A DNA stretch of 63,777 nucleotides, counting the filler, from Octopus bimaculoides (Eukaryota): NCBI RefSeq assembly GCF_001194135.2. It is 7 parts of 7 records of this genome, joined end to end, with 100 filler letters (N's around TTAATTAATTAA, not from the genome) between each part and the next. Parts side by side here need not be neighbours in the genome. Positions count along the whole stretch, not along the records: positions 48,357 to 55,252 come from NC_068984.1; positions 55,353 to 57,902 come from NW_026416520.1; positions 58,003 to 61,822 come from NC_068983.1; 4 more parts are not named here. One strand, 5' to 3'. Numbering within the stretch: the stretch's first letter is position 1; each line of letters starts with the position of its first letter. Position numbers and translations under genes: made by a program. The notes under the pieces were generated by a model. The model searched no databases. It saw only the letters and a list, made by a program, of their open reading frames with translations, and was not told the DNA's origin. Below, in pieces: positions 48,396 through 61,258 of this stretch.

Positions 48396-49683
48396 CATAT
48401 ACAAGTGTATGTATGTGAGAATGTACGTGTGATTATGTGGCTTTGAGTGAGTACATCCTTGTAAGCGCACTCATGATAATGTAACTGTATAAGTGTGAAA
48501 CATTGTCATTATATGCAAAGCATGTTAATCAGATAAACATTTACAGCAAAAAGGGCCTCAATACATATAAATCTTTGAGAGACAAGATGAGTGATGCTTT
48601 AGTCTTGGCAATAGCAAATGGTGCAATCAAATAAACGAAAAGTAGACGGTGGTGAGCAAGCCATGTATTTTGTATAGAGCATGGAAGAGTTCCAAAGCTT
48701 CTACACAATGAGAAACAACTGTTGCGGGAAGACTTCCTTCAAAAATGATGTTATGAAAGGCAGACAGATTTAATCGCTTCTGCAGTAAGGCAACATCCAT
48801 GTACTTGAGAAGGTATCAGGAACGAAAAATATGCTTAATGCGTTCATGTCTTCTAAAAAGAATCCTATTAAATACGAAAAATTAAAACGTTGATACAAGG
48901 AAATAAAATATGATAGAACAATTTTCATGTTGTTTAAACCAAATTACATTTTCAAAGCATTTTAGAATGTTCAGAAGAAAAAAATCCCTAAATACCTGTA
49001 AATGTATGTTGAATTGGTATGTTTTTGGTCAGATATCGATACTGGCACAAAGTTTTCTAGATCTACACTATTTGGAATATACAGAAAATATACGTCTCAA
49101 AAATATCACGTCCGTTCTTGTCCTGCACATCACACCAGATAAATACGAATTGTGACCACAGACATTGTTCTCTAGTATACTCTTTTAGCATTTTTTGAAA
49201 TTTCAAGGTCAATGCAGACTTTCGGAGTTATTAGCAGGTAGTATTTGCAGATAAAAAAATGGTTATTTTCGTCTGATGTCACATACTTCACACTTTTAGA
49301 ATCCTCTTCAAAAATTAAGTATTTATTCCATTTTTGTTAAATATTTTGCTGAGTAAGTCAAACCTTACCGTGAGAAACAAATCAATACAATTCTTGTAAA
49401 TGTACAAGATTTGCAGCTTAGATATTTCAAAATTTGTGTTTCTGACTGGCACTAGGTGAGACGACAATGGTCCCATAAATACCAATGCAATGAAGTGTGT
49501 TGCTTAATCCATTCTCTCTTGTTCGCACATATGTGTGTGAATGTGTGTGTGTTTGTGTGTGTATTATAGTCATGGATTTCTAGACGTATATTCGGTGATA
49601 CGCTCGGTTCTTGCCGTATAATCGAATCTGTTATTGACGAGTTTTCTGAAGCAAACTGCAAGTTTTATTCCTTCATTCAGTTG

Positions 49684-49714
<31 letters not shown>

Positions 49715-49746
49715 TATTTACAAACGTATATATAAATATATCAAAT

Positions 49747-49795
49747 TCCTATGACTGAAGATTAGCAACACGCTTGAAACTCAGAGTACCGAGGA
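49747..49795 (+). ncRNA. Degenerate minimal hammerhead motif (solo)
   Basis: CTGAAGA (49755-49761), AGC-AACAC-GCT hairpin, GAAA (49776-49779), ACTC-A-GAGT, triplet GTA; distal stem I TCCT/AGGA. The first pair of stem II and the proximal stem I are imperfect. Confidence 0.45.
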
Positions 49796-49824
49796 GTTTG
49801 AACAAGCTGTTTCGATCCACACAC

Positions 49825-49855
<31 letters not shown>

Positions 49856-50366
49856 TACNNNNNNNNNNNNNNNNNNNNNNNNNNNNNNNNNNNNNNNNNN
49901 NNNNNNNNNNNNNNNNNNNNNNNNNNNNNNNNNNNNNNNNNNNNNNNNNNNNNNNNNNNNNNNNNNNNNNNNNNNNNNNNNNNNNNNNNNNNNNNNNNNN
50001 NNNNNNNNNNNNNNNNNNNNNNNNNNNNNNNNNNNNNNNNNNNNNNNNNNNNNNNNNNNNNNNNNNNNNNNNNNNNNNNNNNNNNNNNNNNNNNNNNNNN
50101 NNNNNNNNNNNNNNNNNNNNNNNNNNNNNNNNNNNNNNNNNNNNNNNNNNNNNNNNNNNNNNNNNNNNNNNNNNNNNNNNNNNNNNNNNNNNNNNNNNNN
50201 NNNNNNNNNNNNNNNNNNNNNNNNNNNNNNNNNNNNNNNNNNNNNNNNNNNNNNNNNNNNNNNNNNNNNNNNNNNNNNNNNNNNNNNNNNNNNNNNNNNN
50301 NNNNNNNNNNNNNNNNNNNNNNNNNNNNNNNNNTATATATATATATATATATACATATATATATAC

Positions 50367-50413
<47 letters not shown>

Positions 50414-50834
50414 CACAGCTTGTATTAAATCGGAAGAAGCTTATTGGAATTGGTTTAAATTATATACACATACGAAATTACCTGACCAACATACAACATA
50501 AGTGTTTAAAAATAACACACACGCACCCAACTCCTACCCACGCTACACACAATGAAACATGCATATACAGGTGTATGCATATATAAGTATATATACGTAC
50601 GTGTATACAATGAAATATATTTACGTGCTCATATACAGTTTAACTGAATTAAAAACAAATTAAATGTAATATATATATTAAAATATGCATATATGCACAT
50701 ATATATACATACATATATATGTGTATGTGTCTATGTATATGTATATGTGTATGTATGTATGTATGTATATATATATTTATATATATTATTTATATATATT
50801 ATTTATTAATTGTTATAATGTGAATATTTAACAT

Positions 50835-51848
50835 CTAATAGACAAGCCCTTTGCATTTTTCAATGCAAGGACCCTATTAGGCTTGTCACTGGTCAGATGA
50901 CGAATGTTCTCTTGCAGAACTTCTTGCCAGGTTTCATGCAGTTATCTCAAAAGATCTGGTTTTGATGATGCTTTCTTGTTCTTTTTATGAGATATCCTGT
51001 CCATTATGTCCCAGAGTTATTCAATAGGGTTCGTTCGTATCTAGTGACTAGCTTGGCCAAGGAAGCTTTTTTAATGCCATTCTCATCCAACAAATCTTAT
51101 GTCATTTTATCCATGTGACAAGGAGCCCCATCTTCCATAAATAGTCTTCTTTAATCATTTCACCACTGGAGAAGATTGGAAGGAGTCCTTTCTACAATAT
51201 TGATCCATTTATCTGAATTTATGCTTCCCTCACACTCCACCAGCTCTGATCAGCCATTGCTCCAAATTGCTCCCCAGACCATCACAGAATAGTTGCCATG
51301 TTTCATTGTTGACCGCAATCGTTGCACATCAAATTCTTGATCACAGAGTCTCCAGACCCACACTCGACCAGTGTCAGAAAATGCGGCAAATCTGGACTCA
51401 CTGGAGAATATGACAGTGTCCCAAAATGCTAATGACCTCTCCACCATCTCACTGGCCTAATCTTTTCTCCGCTTGATGTTAACTTGTCGAAGAAGTGGTT
51501 TTCTCTTTGCTACTCTGCCATAGCAACCGTGTTTGTAGAGATACCTGACAGCTGTTCTGGGACTGACATCAATTTGTTCTGCTATGTCAGAGGCCCTGCA
51601 ACGAAGATTATCCTCCACACTTCTCTTAAAAAAAAAAGAGAAGGGCCCTGTCAGAGGTCTCTGGTTGATCTGGGCGAAGTGATGTGGACTCCTTCCCCTC
51701 TCTGGTGAATTTCACAATCACTCTATTAACTTTAAAAGGCAGAATTCCAAGGTGTTCTGCGATTTTACGCTATGTCTACATTCAAAATGACCCACAACCC
51801 GGCCTCTTTGAATTCAAACAGTTCCAAGGCCTCTTTTGTACATGGCAT
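50835..51848 (-). pseudogene. Tc1-family transposase pseudogene
   Basis: MPCTKE...IAEHLGI...VSPRTAVRYLYKHGCYGRVAKRKPLL...WDTVIFSSESRF...GRVWVWR...TMKHGNYSVMVWGAIW...FMEDGAPCH...LPWPS. TIRs were not identified. Confidence 0.85.
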
Positions 51849-52147
51849 GGTTAAACAGTCACATATAAAACCTGAAACATAAAAAAGTCAATTGATAAAA
51901 AATATATACCNNNNNNNNNNNNNNNNNNNNNNNNNNNNNNNNNNNNNNNNNNNNNNNNNNNNNNNNNNNNNNNNNNNNNNNNNNNNNNNNNNNNNNNNNN
52001 NNNNNNNNNNNNNNNNNNNNNNNNNNNNNNNNNNNNNNNNNNNNNNNNNNNNNNNNNNNNNNNNNNNNNNNNNNNNNNNNNNNNNNNNNNNNNNNNNNNN
52101 NNNNNNNNNNNNNNNNNNNNNNNNNNNNNNNNNNNNNNNNNNNNNNN

Positions 52148-52218
<71 letters not shown>
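52148..52218. repeat. (AAT)n microsatellite
   Basis: Directly visible. Confidence 0.95.
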
Positions 52219-52220
<2 letters not shown>

Positions 52221-52234
52221 AAATAATATGTATA

Positions 52235-52340
52235 TATAGATGCATATCTGGGTACAGGACGTTGCAAAAAAACGTGGACAAAATGATAAACAGAGCACAG
52301 AAAACACACAGGCCACATAGTGATCATTTCCTTCACGCAA
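52235..52340 (-). mobile_element. Penelope-type pseudo-LTR-like repeat fragment
   Basis: TGCATATCTGGGTACAGGACGTTGCAAAAAACGT...AGAAAACACACAGGCCACATAG is the reverse complement of ~1120-1185. Confidence 0.55.
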
Positions 52341-54087
52341 TCATATATGTGATGTCCACTACATTCAGTGGAACGAAACAAAATGGAACGTCACACGACT
52401 GTAAGAGAATTATATTAAAACGTCTTGTTACAATGCTCTGGCTTATGTCGGATCCTGCAATGGGTTTCTACCCTACTAAATCTGATTTGCTCAAATCGTT
52501 GCTTCTGTATATATATATATCTGCGTACAATACAACCTGATCGCCGTATCTTGTTCTATGAAATGCCTGACAAGATTGGATTCTGTTGCTCTCTCCCTTT
52601 GTGTAAGATGAACAGAATCAGCTGATCAGGAAATTCATTTGTTGTCAATACCCACAACAAAGTCATTTCACGATGCCATAGCTGATAGTACGCTGGAACT
52701 AGCTGGAGTAGACGCATGATCAACCCTGATCACGAATTTCTTCGTGAAAAGCCACTCTAGCGACGTTACTCGTATCATTCGTTCCGGATATAATGTATCT
52801 CGGACGGTATTATCTAATGTGCCCCTTTTTTTTTTTTTTTATAAAACGGCAGTGTTAAATTTGAGAGAGATTTGGCTGCTATTTCTAGCAGGTCAAATAG
52901 TCACGTAGAGTACGCATGGGCAACCGTTATCGAGAAGCTGGCAGCATGAGATATAGTTCATCATCAGGATGGATTCCTTACTAAAAAAAAACATTCAAGG
53001 TAATTTTTCGTTAGGTGTACCGCTCAGAAAGTCATACGAGTCACAATTTGTCTATGACGGACTTACGAGAGGTGGCTGAAATGTTCATGGCTTTGGGTAA
53101 CCATACCGTCTTTCACAAGTGCATGTAAGACTACATTATCTAACGTGTCTTTTCCTTATTTAAAACTGTGTTATTTGAAAAATATTCATCTGTTATTTCT
53201 AGCAAATCAAGTGACTACGTTCATGTCATATTAAATAAATATAGATCAGCCCTATTTAATGGGCCGAATCATATTGGCGATTCTTGCATTATTATTCAAT
53301 TGCAACACTGGCCAGTAACAGCAACTGCAAACATTGGCCAGTTGCAATAGCACATAGTTCGATTGGCTGTTAATATTGGCCAGTAAGAATGCAAATGTAG
53401 CCCGCTGCTATGTGTAACATAATACGACGTGACAGCTGCATATATTATCAATATAAATGTTATAAAGCAATGCGCTTTATTCATTTATTTCTATTACAAA
53501 GTCATGTTAGTTATTTTATTCAGTTAGAACGAGGATGGTTACATTAAATAGAATAAGGTTAATGGGGAGCGAGGTCCTAAAAATATCCTGTCACCGAAAG
53601 CTGGATAAGTTTATCGTTAAATTCCCAGTGCTAGAATGGTACTGATTTTATCGACCCCAAAATGATAAGAAGGGCAAAGGTGACTTTGGTAAAGCCTTTT
53701 CAGATCCTACATCGATTTTGCCAGTATTCCATCCTTAACAATAGAATTTAGCACAAGGTTATAAATGTTGTTTTGTGTGGAGTGTAGTACGTGAGAGATA
53801 TTCTGTTTTATTTGCACAAGAAGGTGAAAAACCATTGTGTTTTTCACTTTTTGAGTAGCATACTCTGGCATTAAATTCTCTTCACTCCCACGACCGAACA
53901 CTGGAGGATATAGAAACGTATCTGTAGCGACGAAACTTTAAGTAATGTGCACTTCAATCAACCTATTATCAAACAAATATTTCTAGTTCGAACTAAATGT
54001 AATAATAAGTGCTAGTTACTTTCATTTGTTCTCATAATAGGGTATATATATGTATAAATGTAGGTGTATCCTTTTATCTGCTTATCT

Positions 54088-54180
<93 letters not shown>

Positions 54181-54355
54181 TATATATATATAACGAGAGA
54201 TAGATAAATAGGTAGATATGTATATCTATCTATCTATCTATCTCTCTATATATGTATAGGTATATGTATACCTATAAATACACGTATATGCATACATCTA
54301 TATATACTTATATATACACAAATATGTATATATACATACATACATATACACACAT

Positions 54356-54492
54356 ACTTAATTTATCGACCTTGAAAGGATGAAAGGCAAAGCCGACCTC
54401 GGCGGAATTTCAATTCAGGACGTAAGGACGGACGAAATACCGTTAAGCATTTAGTCCGTCGTGCTAAAGATTCTGCCAGATCGCCGCCTTAA
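54356..54492 (-). mobile_element. Nin/Deu-domain SINE (head and core, tail missing)
   Basis: Minus strand GGCGGCGATCTGGCAGAATC.TTAGCAC...AAATGCTTAACGGTATTTCGTC...TTCCGCCGAGGTCGGCTTTGCCTTTCATCC. Confidence 0.85.
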
Positions 54493-54505
54493 TAATAAGG
54501 ATTAT

Positions 54506-54616
<111 letters not shown>

Positions 54617-55203
54617 GTTTACATATTGTACACGTTGTCTCTTATTACAGTGAGTGTAGTAGAGGCGCGGTCTGACAGATAAGTTAATACGGACGTTATT
54701 TCTCAACGTTTGTTATCAGCATACATCAAGAACGAAACTGTATATTCAAGGTTAATTTGTCATTCTGCTTTTAACGGATTTACAAATTCCAATAAACAAA
54801 CCGCTTATGTCATTGTCACATTTTATCATCGAAATAATTTATCGTATGTACACCGAAGTATAACGATTGTGTTAACAAAGGTGTTAAGTGGCTTTTACAT
54901 GAATGTATGTATGTATGTATGTATGTATGTACGTATTCATGTACGTACGTATGTATGTATGTATGTATGGATGGATGGATGGATTGATGAATGGATGTAT
55001 GCCTGCATGTATGCATGTATGTATATATACATATATATGTACACGCACACATGTATATATAAATTTATATATATACAAACATACACATATGTATGTAATT
55101 AAATATGCAAAAATGCCGCTGCAAGCTTGCAAATATACTTGCACTAATGAAATACACCCACCCTAAATATATGTATATATAACTATATATACATACATAT
55201 ATT

Positions 55204-55240
<37 letters not shown>

Positions 55241-55917
55241 TCATATATACATNNNNNNNNNNNNNNNNNNNNNNNNNNNNNNNNNNNNNNNNNNNNTTAA
55301 TTAATTAANNNNNNNNNNNNNNNNNNNNNNNNNNNNNNNNNNNNNNNNNNNNTCTATCTATGTATCAACCAAACTCTTTGTATTTCTTACTCCCTCTTCT
55401 TTCGCTCTATGTCTACTATATCTATCTGTCTACTTTTTCTCTCTACTATTTCGCTCGCTTGTTTTTCTTTTTAATTTTCTTCTCCCTATTTGCTCTCCTT
55501 CTCACTCTGACCGTGGTACAACATGCAAGTGTTTGCTTTCCCAAATGACCATTCAAATCTTTACACCTACGTTCCAATATACATGAATGAATGCAACAGT
55601 GCTGATTCTTTTAGTAAACAAAGGGAAAGCGAATGGGAAGGAGGTATGTGATATTTAGTTTTCGTTTTTGCTGTTGTTGGTGGAGCTGCATTTAGTTTTA
55701 ATGTTGGCATTGTTATTGAATAAAGAGTTTTGTTCTTTTGTTTTTCGCATTTGCTTTTTATTGTATTTTTACTTTTAGACATTACAGTCATTCACACTTC
55801 CCGCTTTGCTTTTTTTTGGTTTAGTTTTACAATCTTATTAAGTTTCTTTTTCTTTTGCGACAACCCCGTCGTCCTCTCCTCACCCCAACATACTGACACA
55901 TTATATGCGTCTGTGTG

Positions 55918-55955
<38 letters not shown>

Positions 55956-56929
55956 TATACTTACGTTCGTAAGTATGTATGGTTATACACAGACCCGCAC
56001 AACACATATATACGTATATNNNNNNNNNNNNNNNNNNNNNNNNNNNNNNNNNNNNNNNNNNNNNNNNNNNNNNNNNNNNNNNNNNNNNNNNNNNNNNNNN
56101 NNNNNNNNNNNNNNNNNNNNNNNNNNNNNNNNNNNNNNNNNNNNNNNNNNNNNNNNNNNNNNNNNNNNNNNNNNNNNNNNNNNNNNNNNNNNNNNNNNNN
56201 NNNNNNNNNNNNNNNNNNNNNNNNNNNNNNNNNNNNNNNNNNNNNNNNNNNNNNNNNNNNNNNNNNNNNNNNNNNNNNNNNNNNNNNNNNNNNNNNNNNN
56301 NNNNNNNNNNNNNNNNNNNNNNNNNNNNNNNNNNNNNNNNNNNNNNNNNNNNNNNNNNNNNNNNNNNNNNNNNNNNNNNNNNNNNNNNNNNNNNNNNNNN
56401 NNNNNNNNNNNNNNNNNNNNNNNNNNNNNNNNNNNNNNNNNNNNNNNNNNNNNNNNNNNNNNNNNNNNNNNNNNNNNNNNNNNNNNNNNNNNNNNNNNNN
56501 NNNNNNNNNNNNNNNNNNNNNNNNNNNNNNNNNNNNNNNNNNNNNNNNNNNNNNNNNNNNNNNNNNNNNNNNNNNNNNNNNNNNNNNNNNNNNNNNNNNN
56601 NNNNNNNNNNNNNNNNNNNNNNNNNNNNNNNNNNNNNNNNNNNNNNNNNNNNNNNNNNNNNNNNNNNNNNNNNNNNNNNNNNNNNNNNNNNNNNNNNNNN
56701 NNNNNNNNNNNNNNNNNNNNNNNNNNNNNNNNNNNNNNNNNNNNNNNNNNNNNNNNNNNNNNNNNNNNNNNNNNNNNNNNNNNNNNNNNNNNNNNNNNNN
56801 NNNNNNNNNNNNNNNNNNNNNNNNNNNNNNNNNNNNNNNNNNNNNNNNNNNNNNNNNNNNNNNNNNNNNNNNNNNNNNNNACCACATTGTAATTTTCACT
56901 CTGAGCCTTGTAACATTCACATATTCTTT

Positions 56930-57143
56930 TCTACCGTAGGCACAAGGCCCAAAATTTTTAGGTGAATGAGGGGGAAATCGAATTAGATCGACCTTAGTGC
57001 GCAACTGGTACTTAATTTATCGAACCTGAAAGGATAAAAGGTAAACTCGACCCCGGCGGAATTTGAACTCAGAACGCAAAAACAGACGAAATCCGCTAAG
57101 CATTTCGCCCGGTTTGCTGACGTTTCTTCCAGCTCGTCACCGT
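56930..57143 (-). mobile_element. Full-length Nin/Deu-domain SINE, tail type T3
   Basis: Head GGTGACGAGCTGGAAGAAACGTCAGCAAACCGGGCGAAATGCTTAGCGG, Nin core, tail ...GGGCCTTGTGCCTACGGTAGAAAAGA. Confidence 0.85.
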
Positions 57144-58002
57144 GTAACATTCACATACTGACGTTTCAATCGAAGCAGTTTATGTTTAAGAGTTACCTCC
57201 CTTGTATTAGCATAATCTTATGAAATTGATCCTTCTGATTTTCCATCTGTTCAATCCACGATTCTTTGCATATTTTGTGGTTTGTAATGTTTATGTTTGT
57301 AATGATAGTGTTGTCATAATCGCATTAAAAAAAAATATCTGTAGCCTTCACCAGTCGCATAACGAAAACGAATCTTTCTATTTCTTGAATGGTCGATAGT
57401 CTAACGTACTTCATAACATATAACAACCAAAAAAACTGAACATAGAATAAAAGACAATTTAAAAAAATAAAAAATAAAAGATAACAAACAACGTATGCAT
57501 AGCTTTGTGGTTAATAAACTGGCTTGGTAACAAGAACAATGTAGTCTCAAAATCAGTTCCCTTGCAACGCATCACGGGCCGATTATGAGTGCATTTTGGT
57601 AGACGGAAATTGCGAAGATGCTGCTTATTTTGCCGGGATTGGTCAAATGATGTACACTCCTTTCATGGAACCCAGTTGGGTTCGAAAATCCATTAACGCT
57701 GTTCATCATTTTTACGGTCTACGGAGACAGTTAAATTTACCATGTTTGTATTTCTGCCACGTATGTTTAGGTTTTTGAAGCTTCGATGTAGCTATAGTGT
57801 GATACCCAAGCATGGGATTATGAATGCATTGCATGTTGTAGCAGAAACAACTGTAAGCTAGAGAAGTTCATTACATGATTTATCATTTATCGAATTATAT
57901 ATNNNNNNNNNNNNNNNNNNNNNNNNNNNNNNNNNNNNNNNNNNNNTTAATTAATTAANNNNNNNNNNNNNNNNNNNNNNNNNNNNNNNNNNNNNNNNNN
58001 NN

Positions 58003-58036
<34 letters not shown>

Positions 58037-58278
58037 CGTGGCTGTGTGGTAAGAAGCTTGCTTCTCAGCTTTATAGATAATGGAGTGAACAAATTCTAAT
58101 TCTACGCATTTGTAACTGAAGAGGTTGGAATTATCTTGCAGCTTGAGGAATGCATTGAAGATAAAATAATCAAAGGTATACTCAGCCACAATAAATAGGA
58201 AGTGGAGCTGATCGTGCAAGCGTTACAGTGAGATTTTGAAACAATCTAGCGATCTACTTGCATTTTCAGTTACTTTAA

Positions 58279-58321
<43 letters not shown>

Positions 58322-58619
58322 NNNNNNNNNNNNNNNNNNNNNNNNNNNNNNNNNNNNNNNNNNNNNNNNNNNNNNNNNNNNNNNNNNNNNNNNNNNNNNN
58401 NNNNNNNNNNNNNNNNNNNNNTCTGATAAAGACAGGTTAATTGTCAACGTCGTCTGTTTAAATTGATCAACTTCCTGCACTAATCATACTTTAACCTACC
58501 ATTATCTCTCCTTTTTTTTCATTAAATGCCTCTCTCTAATTACTGTCATTAACTGATAATCATTAACTGATAACCATCTGTACATAGCGATATCTTTTAT
58601 CCAGTATCATTAACCATCA

Positions 58620-58790
58620 AGGTGGCGAGCTGCAGAATTGTTACCGCGTTAAGAATACTTAACGCCATTTCGTCTGTCTTTACGTCCTGCGTTCAAATCC
58701 CGTCGAGGTCGATAAAATAAGTACTCATTGAGCACTGTGGTCGATTTAATCGACTTAGCCCCTTCCTCAACCCAATACCACTATTGGCCC
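58620..58790 (+). mobile_element. Nin/Deu-domain SINE with internal deletion
   Basis: GGTGGCGAGCTGCAGAA...GTTCAAATCCCGTCGAGGTCGATAAAATAAGTAC...GGTCGATTTAATCGACT. Confidence 0.75.
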
Positions 58791-58865
58791 CTAACCTTCC
58801 TAATGAATAACGTGTAAGCGTAATGTGTAAGCGTTCGTGCATACATACTTGTATACGTAGCTTGT

Positions 58866-59058
58866 TTCTGTTGTACCTGTAATTCAAAGGGGCCAGCCTT
58901 GTCACACTCTGTGTCACACTGAATCTCCCCGAGAACTACGTTAAGGGTACACGTGCCTGTGGAGTGCTCAGCCACTTGCACGTTGATTTCACGAGCAGGC
59001 TGTTCCGTTGGTCGGATCAACTGGAACACTCGTCGTCGTAATCGACGGAGTGCCAAAT
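58866..59058 (+). mobile_element. Tail-only SINE fragment (T1)
   Basis: TGTAATTCAAAGGGGCCAGCCTTGTCACACTC...CGGATCAACTGGAACACTCGTCGTCGTAA..GACGGAGTGCCA. Confidence 0.85.
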
Positions 59059-59675
59059 ATATATATATATGACATGCATTCTTACATGTATACATGGTAA
59101 TTACTCCATATTCACAGACGATTGCCGTTTCTCTGTACCCTTTCGTTCTCAATGGCATTTCTGACTTTCTGTTCTTGATCAATCAGATGACTATTTAGTT
59201 CCGTGGTTCTGCATATTTGAAAGCATAGTTGACGAAAGTGAAAGCGTAGGTGACCAAACTTTCGCTGGATTAATCAGATCACTTTGTGGGGCATGACTTC
59301 TGTGTACTACCATATTTATTTTCATACATACATACATACATACATACCCGGACTATGAATTCTTATTTGTACCTGCCATCATAGATAGGCGCATTAGGTG
59401 ACATACCAAAACAAGATATATAACTGACGCTGATTCTCCTGATCTAATCTATTAATGGAACGGTGAAGATTTGCAAGACATTCCAAAAATTGTCCATCTG
59501 AGGTTCTTATGTGAATAGATGCACACAAATTTCAACCAACACACAAGCTCAACCACATATTTACAAATTCCGAGAACTCTCTTAACTCAAAAAGTCGTTA
59601 TGCTTTGTTGGGGACCGGCTTGAAGTCTCGCGAGAAGAACTTGAATTAAATTCAATGAAAAATCATACATACAAT

Positions 59676-60160
59676 AGGCACAGGAGTGGCTGTGTGGTAA
59701 GTAGCTTGCTTACCAACCACATCGTTCCGGGTTCAGTCCCACTGCGTGGCACCTTGGGCAAGTGTCTTCTACTATAGCCTCGGGCCGACCAAAGCCTTGT
59801 GAGTGGATTTGGTAGACGGAAACTGAAAGAAGCTCGTCGTATATATATATATATATNNNNNNNNNNNNNNNNNNNNNNNNNNNNNNNNNNNNNNNNNNNN
59901 NNNNNNNNNNNNNNNNNNNNNNNNNNNNNNNNNNNNNNNNNNNNNNNNNNNTATATATGTATGTGTGTGTGTTTGTCCCCTCACCATCGCTTGACAACCG
60001 ATGCTGGTGTGTTTACGTCCCCGTAACTTAGCGGTTCGGCAAAAAGAGACCGATACAATAAGTACTAGGCTTACAAAGAATAAGTGCTGGAGTCGATCTG
60101 CTCGAGTAAAGGCGGTGCTCCAGTATGGCCGCAGTCAAATGACTGAAACAAGTAAAAGAG
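59676..60160 (+). mobile_element. CORE-like tRNA-derived SINE with internal microsatellite and gap, tail T2
   Basis: GGAGTGGCTGTGTGGTAAGTAGCTTGC...GGTTCAGTCCC...GGCACCTTGGGCAAGTG (CORE-like motif) through ...GGCCGCAGTCAAATGACTGAAAC. Confidence 0.85.
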
Positions 60161-60376
60161 TAAAAGTGTATACATACATACATACATACATACATACATA
60201 CCGCTATACATTCAGATAAGTAGGTCGGGAATACCTCAGACCAGCCAGTTCCGAATCATTAAAGGAGAGGTAGAAAAGATAAGGAGAGGCGTCAGTGCAG
60301 ATATTAGGTGGTTAATGTCACTATTGAGTATGAAGCTATTTTTGTGTGTATTCCTTTGTCTATGATTTTCTGGTGT

Positions 60377-60775
60377 GGAGGCGCAATGGCCCAGTGGTTA
60401 GGGCAGCGGACTCGCGGTCATAGGATCGCGGTCAGAGGATCGCAGTTTCGATTCCCAGACCGGGCGTTGTGAGTGTTTATTGAGCGAAAATACCTAAAGC
60501 TCCACGAGGCTCCGGCAGCGGGGTGGTGGCGAACCCTGCTGTACTCTATCACCACAACTTTCTCTCACTCTTACTTCCTGTTTCTGTTGTGCCTGTAATT
60601 CAAAGGGTCAGCCTTGCCACACTCTGTGTCACGCTGAATATCCCCGAGAACTACGTTAAGGGTACACGTGTCTGTGGAGTGCTCAGCCACTTGCACGTTA
60701 ATTTCACGAGCAGGCTGTTCCGTTGGTCGGATCAACTGGAACCCTCGACGTCGTAAGCGACGGAGTGCCAACAAC
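60377..60775 (+). mobile_element. Full-length tRNA(Arg)-like SINE (OR-like), tail T1
   Basis: Colinear with 6460-6855; carries a 14-bp internal tandem duplication in the head. Confidence 0.9.
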
Positions 60776-60854
60776 ATGATTTTCTGGTGCTTGTTTTCAG
60801 ATGACCTTCGCCGAACTTCTAAGTTATGGGGTCGTAATGAAATCAATACCGGTT

Positions 60855-61085
60855 GTCAAGAAGTGGTGAGAAGTAAACACAAACACTTATATTCATACAC
60901 ACACGTACCCATGTATATACAAAGGGCTTCCACATAGTTTCTGTCTACTAAATTTACTGACAAATCATTGATCGGCTCGTCGGCCAGGGCTGTAGAAGAA
61001 GGTACTTGTTCAAGGTTCTGCACGTTGGGACAAAAACCAAAACCACGTGGTTGCAAAATGAGCTTCTTAACCACATAATCCATGT
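60855..61085 (-). mobile_element. Degenerate CORE-like SINE
   Basis: Minus strand TATGTGGTTAAGAAGCTCA....CAACCACGTGGTTTTGG...ACCTTGAACAAGT.CCTTCTTCTACAGCCCTGGCCGAC. Confidence 0.65.
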
Positions 61086-61128
61086 CTTCATTTTTAGGAA
61101 TTAATATGGCGTTGTGTGTTGGAAGGAC

Positions 61129-61258
61129 CATTACGCCAATAACAACACACGCACTGGTTCAGTATCGCTTTACTCTTAGTCAATTAAATAAATATTTAAT
61201 TGACTAGCAATAAAAAAAGTGATATTGAGCGAGTGCGTGTGTTATTATTGGCGTAATG
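61129..61258. repeat. 130-bp near-perfect palindrome/hairpin (MITE-like or structured RNA)
   Basis: CATTACGCCAATAACAACACACGCACT...TAGTCAATTAAATA-aa-TATTTAATTGACTA...AGTGCGTGTGTTATTATTGGCGTAATG. Confidence 0.9.

Noticed and set aside
53062-53100. Mariner element starting TACGAGAGGTGGCTGAAATGTTC
   Set aside because: There is only a terminus-like 30-mer; no partner TIR or transposase was found.
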